From: an uncultured Clostridia bacterium
GTDB lineage: Bacteria; Bacillota; Clostridia; TANB77; CAG-508
Length of the DNA: 35,765 nt
Assembly (NCBI GenBank): GCA_944392675.1
Contig: CALXXK010000002.1
Location: forward strand, 1 to 35,765
Reading direction: 5' to 3'
Shown: positions 35,744 through 35,765 of the stretch, piece after piece
Layout of the letters: every line of letters begins with the position of its first letter
How positions within the stretch are numbered: position 1 is the first letter of the stretch
Notes under the pieces: model-generated
The model's database searches: none
Told to the model about the DNA's origin: nothing
The model's input: the letters and a program-made list of their open reading frames with translations, nothing else
Made by a program: the position numbers and the translations under genes

Positions 35744-35765
35744 AAAAGGGATTTGGAAACGGTGC

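Overview
This is a very AT-rich window, Clostridia-like by composition and gene content. All 24 credible genes lie on the minus strand with short gaps or overlaps, and I found no credible plus-strand gene, RNA gene, CRISPR array, transposase or integrase. The content is one cell-envelope glycopolymer island.

(1) dTDP-L-rhamnose genes rfbB (truncated at the left edge), rfbC, rfbA and rfbD are present but not contiguous.

(2) An ABC-transporter-dependent polysaccharide pathway is present. It has Wzm- and Wzt-like genes, and the Wzt carries a C-terminal carbohydrate-binding extension. It also has several GT2 and GT-B glycosyltransferases, and a methyltransferase with a kinase-like and coiled-coil tail that resembles the WbdD chain terminator.

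(3) A second module resembles the GacI/J/K/L side-chain decoration route. It comprises a small GT2 polyprenyl-phosphate glycosyltransferase, a DUF2304-like mini membrane protein, a large GT-C-like polytopic protein and a Wzx-like flippase.

(4) Four large secreted proteins together carry 42 ChW repeats (Clostridial hydrophobic W), always arranged in triplets. Each is fused to a different catalytic domain: M14 peptidase, GH73-like glucosaminidase, CotH kinase-like, or GH25 muramidase. Their genes are embedded inside or next to the rml genes.

The main hypothesis is that the island encodes both a rhamnose-containing wall polymer and the ChW-anchored exoenzymes that bind it.

The non-coding signals worth attention are:
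- a roughly 250-bp nested palindromic element in the only large intergenic gap (26171..26419);
- a perfect 15-bp-arm palindrome between rfbC and the HD gene;
- a near-consensus sigma-A promoter with upstream direct repeats at the right edge;
- one clear intrinsic terminator (8159..8189).

All functional calls come from motif recognition by eye, and no database search was possible.
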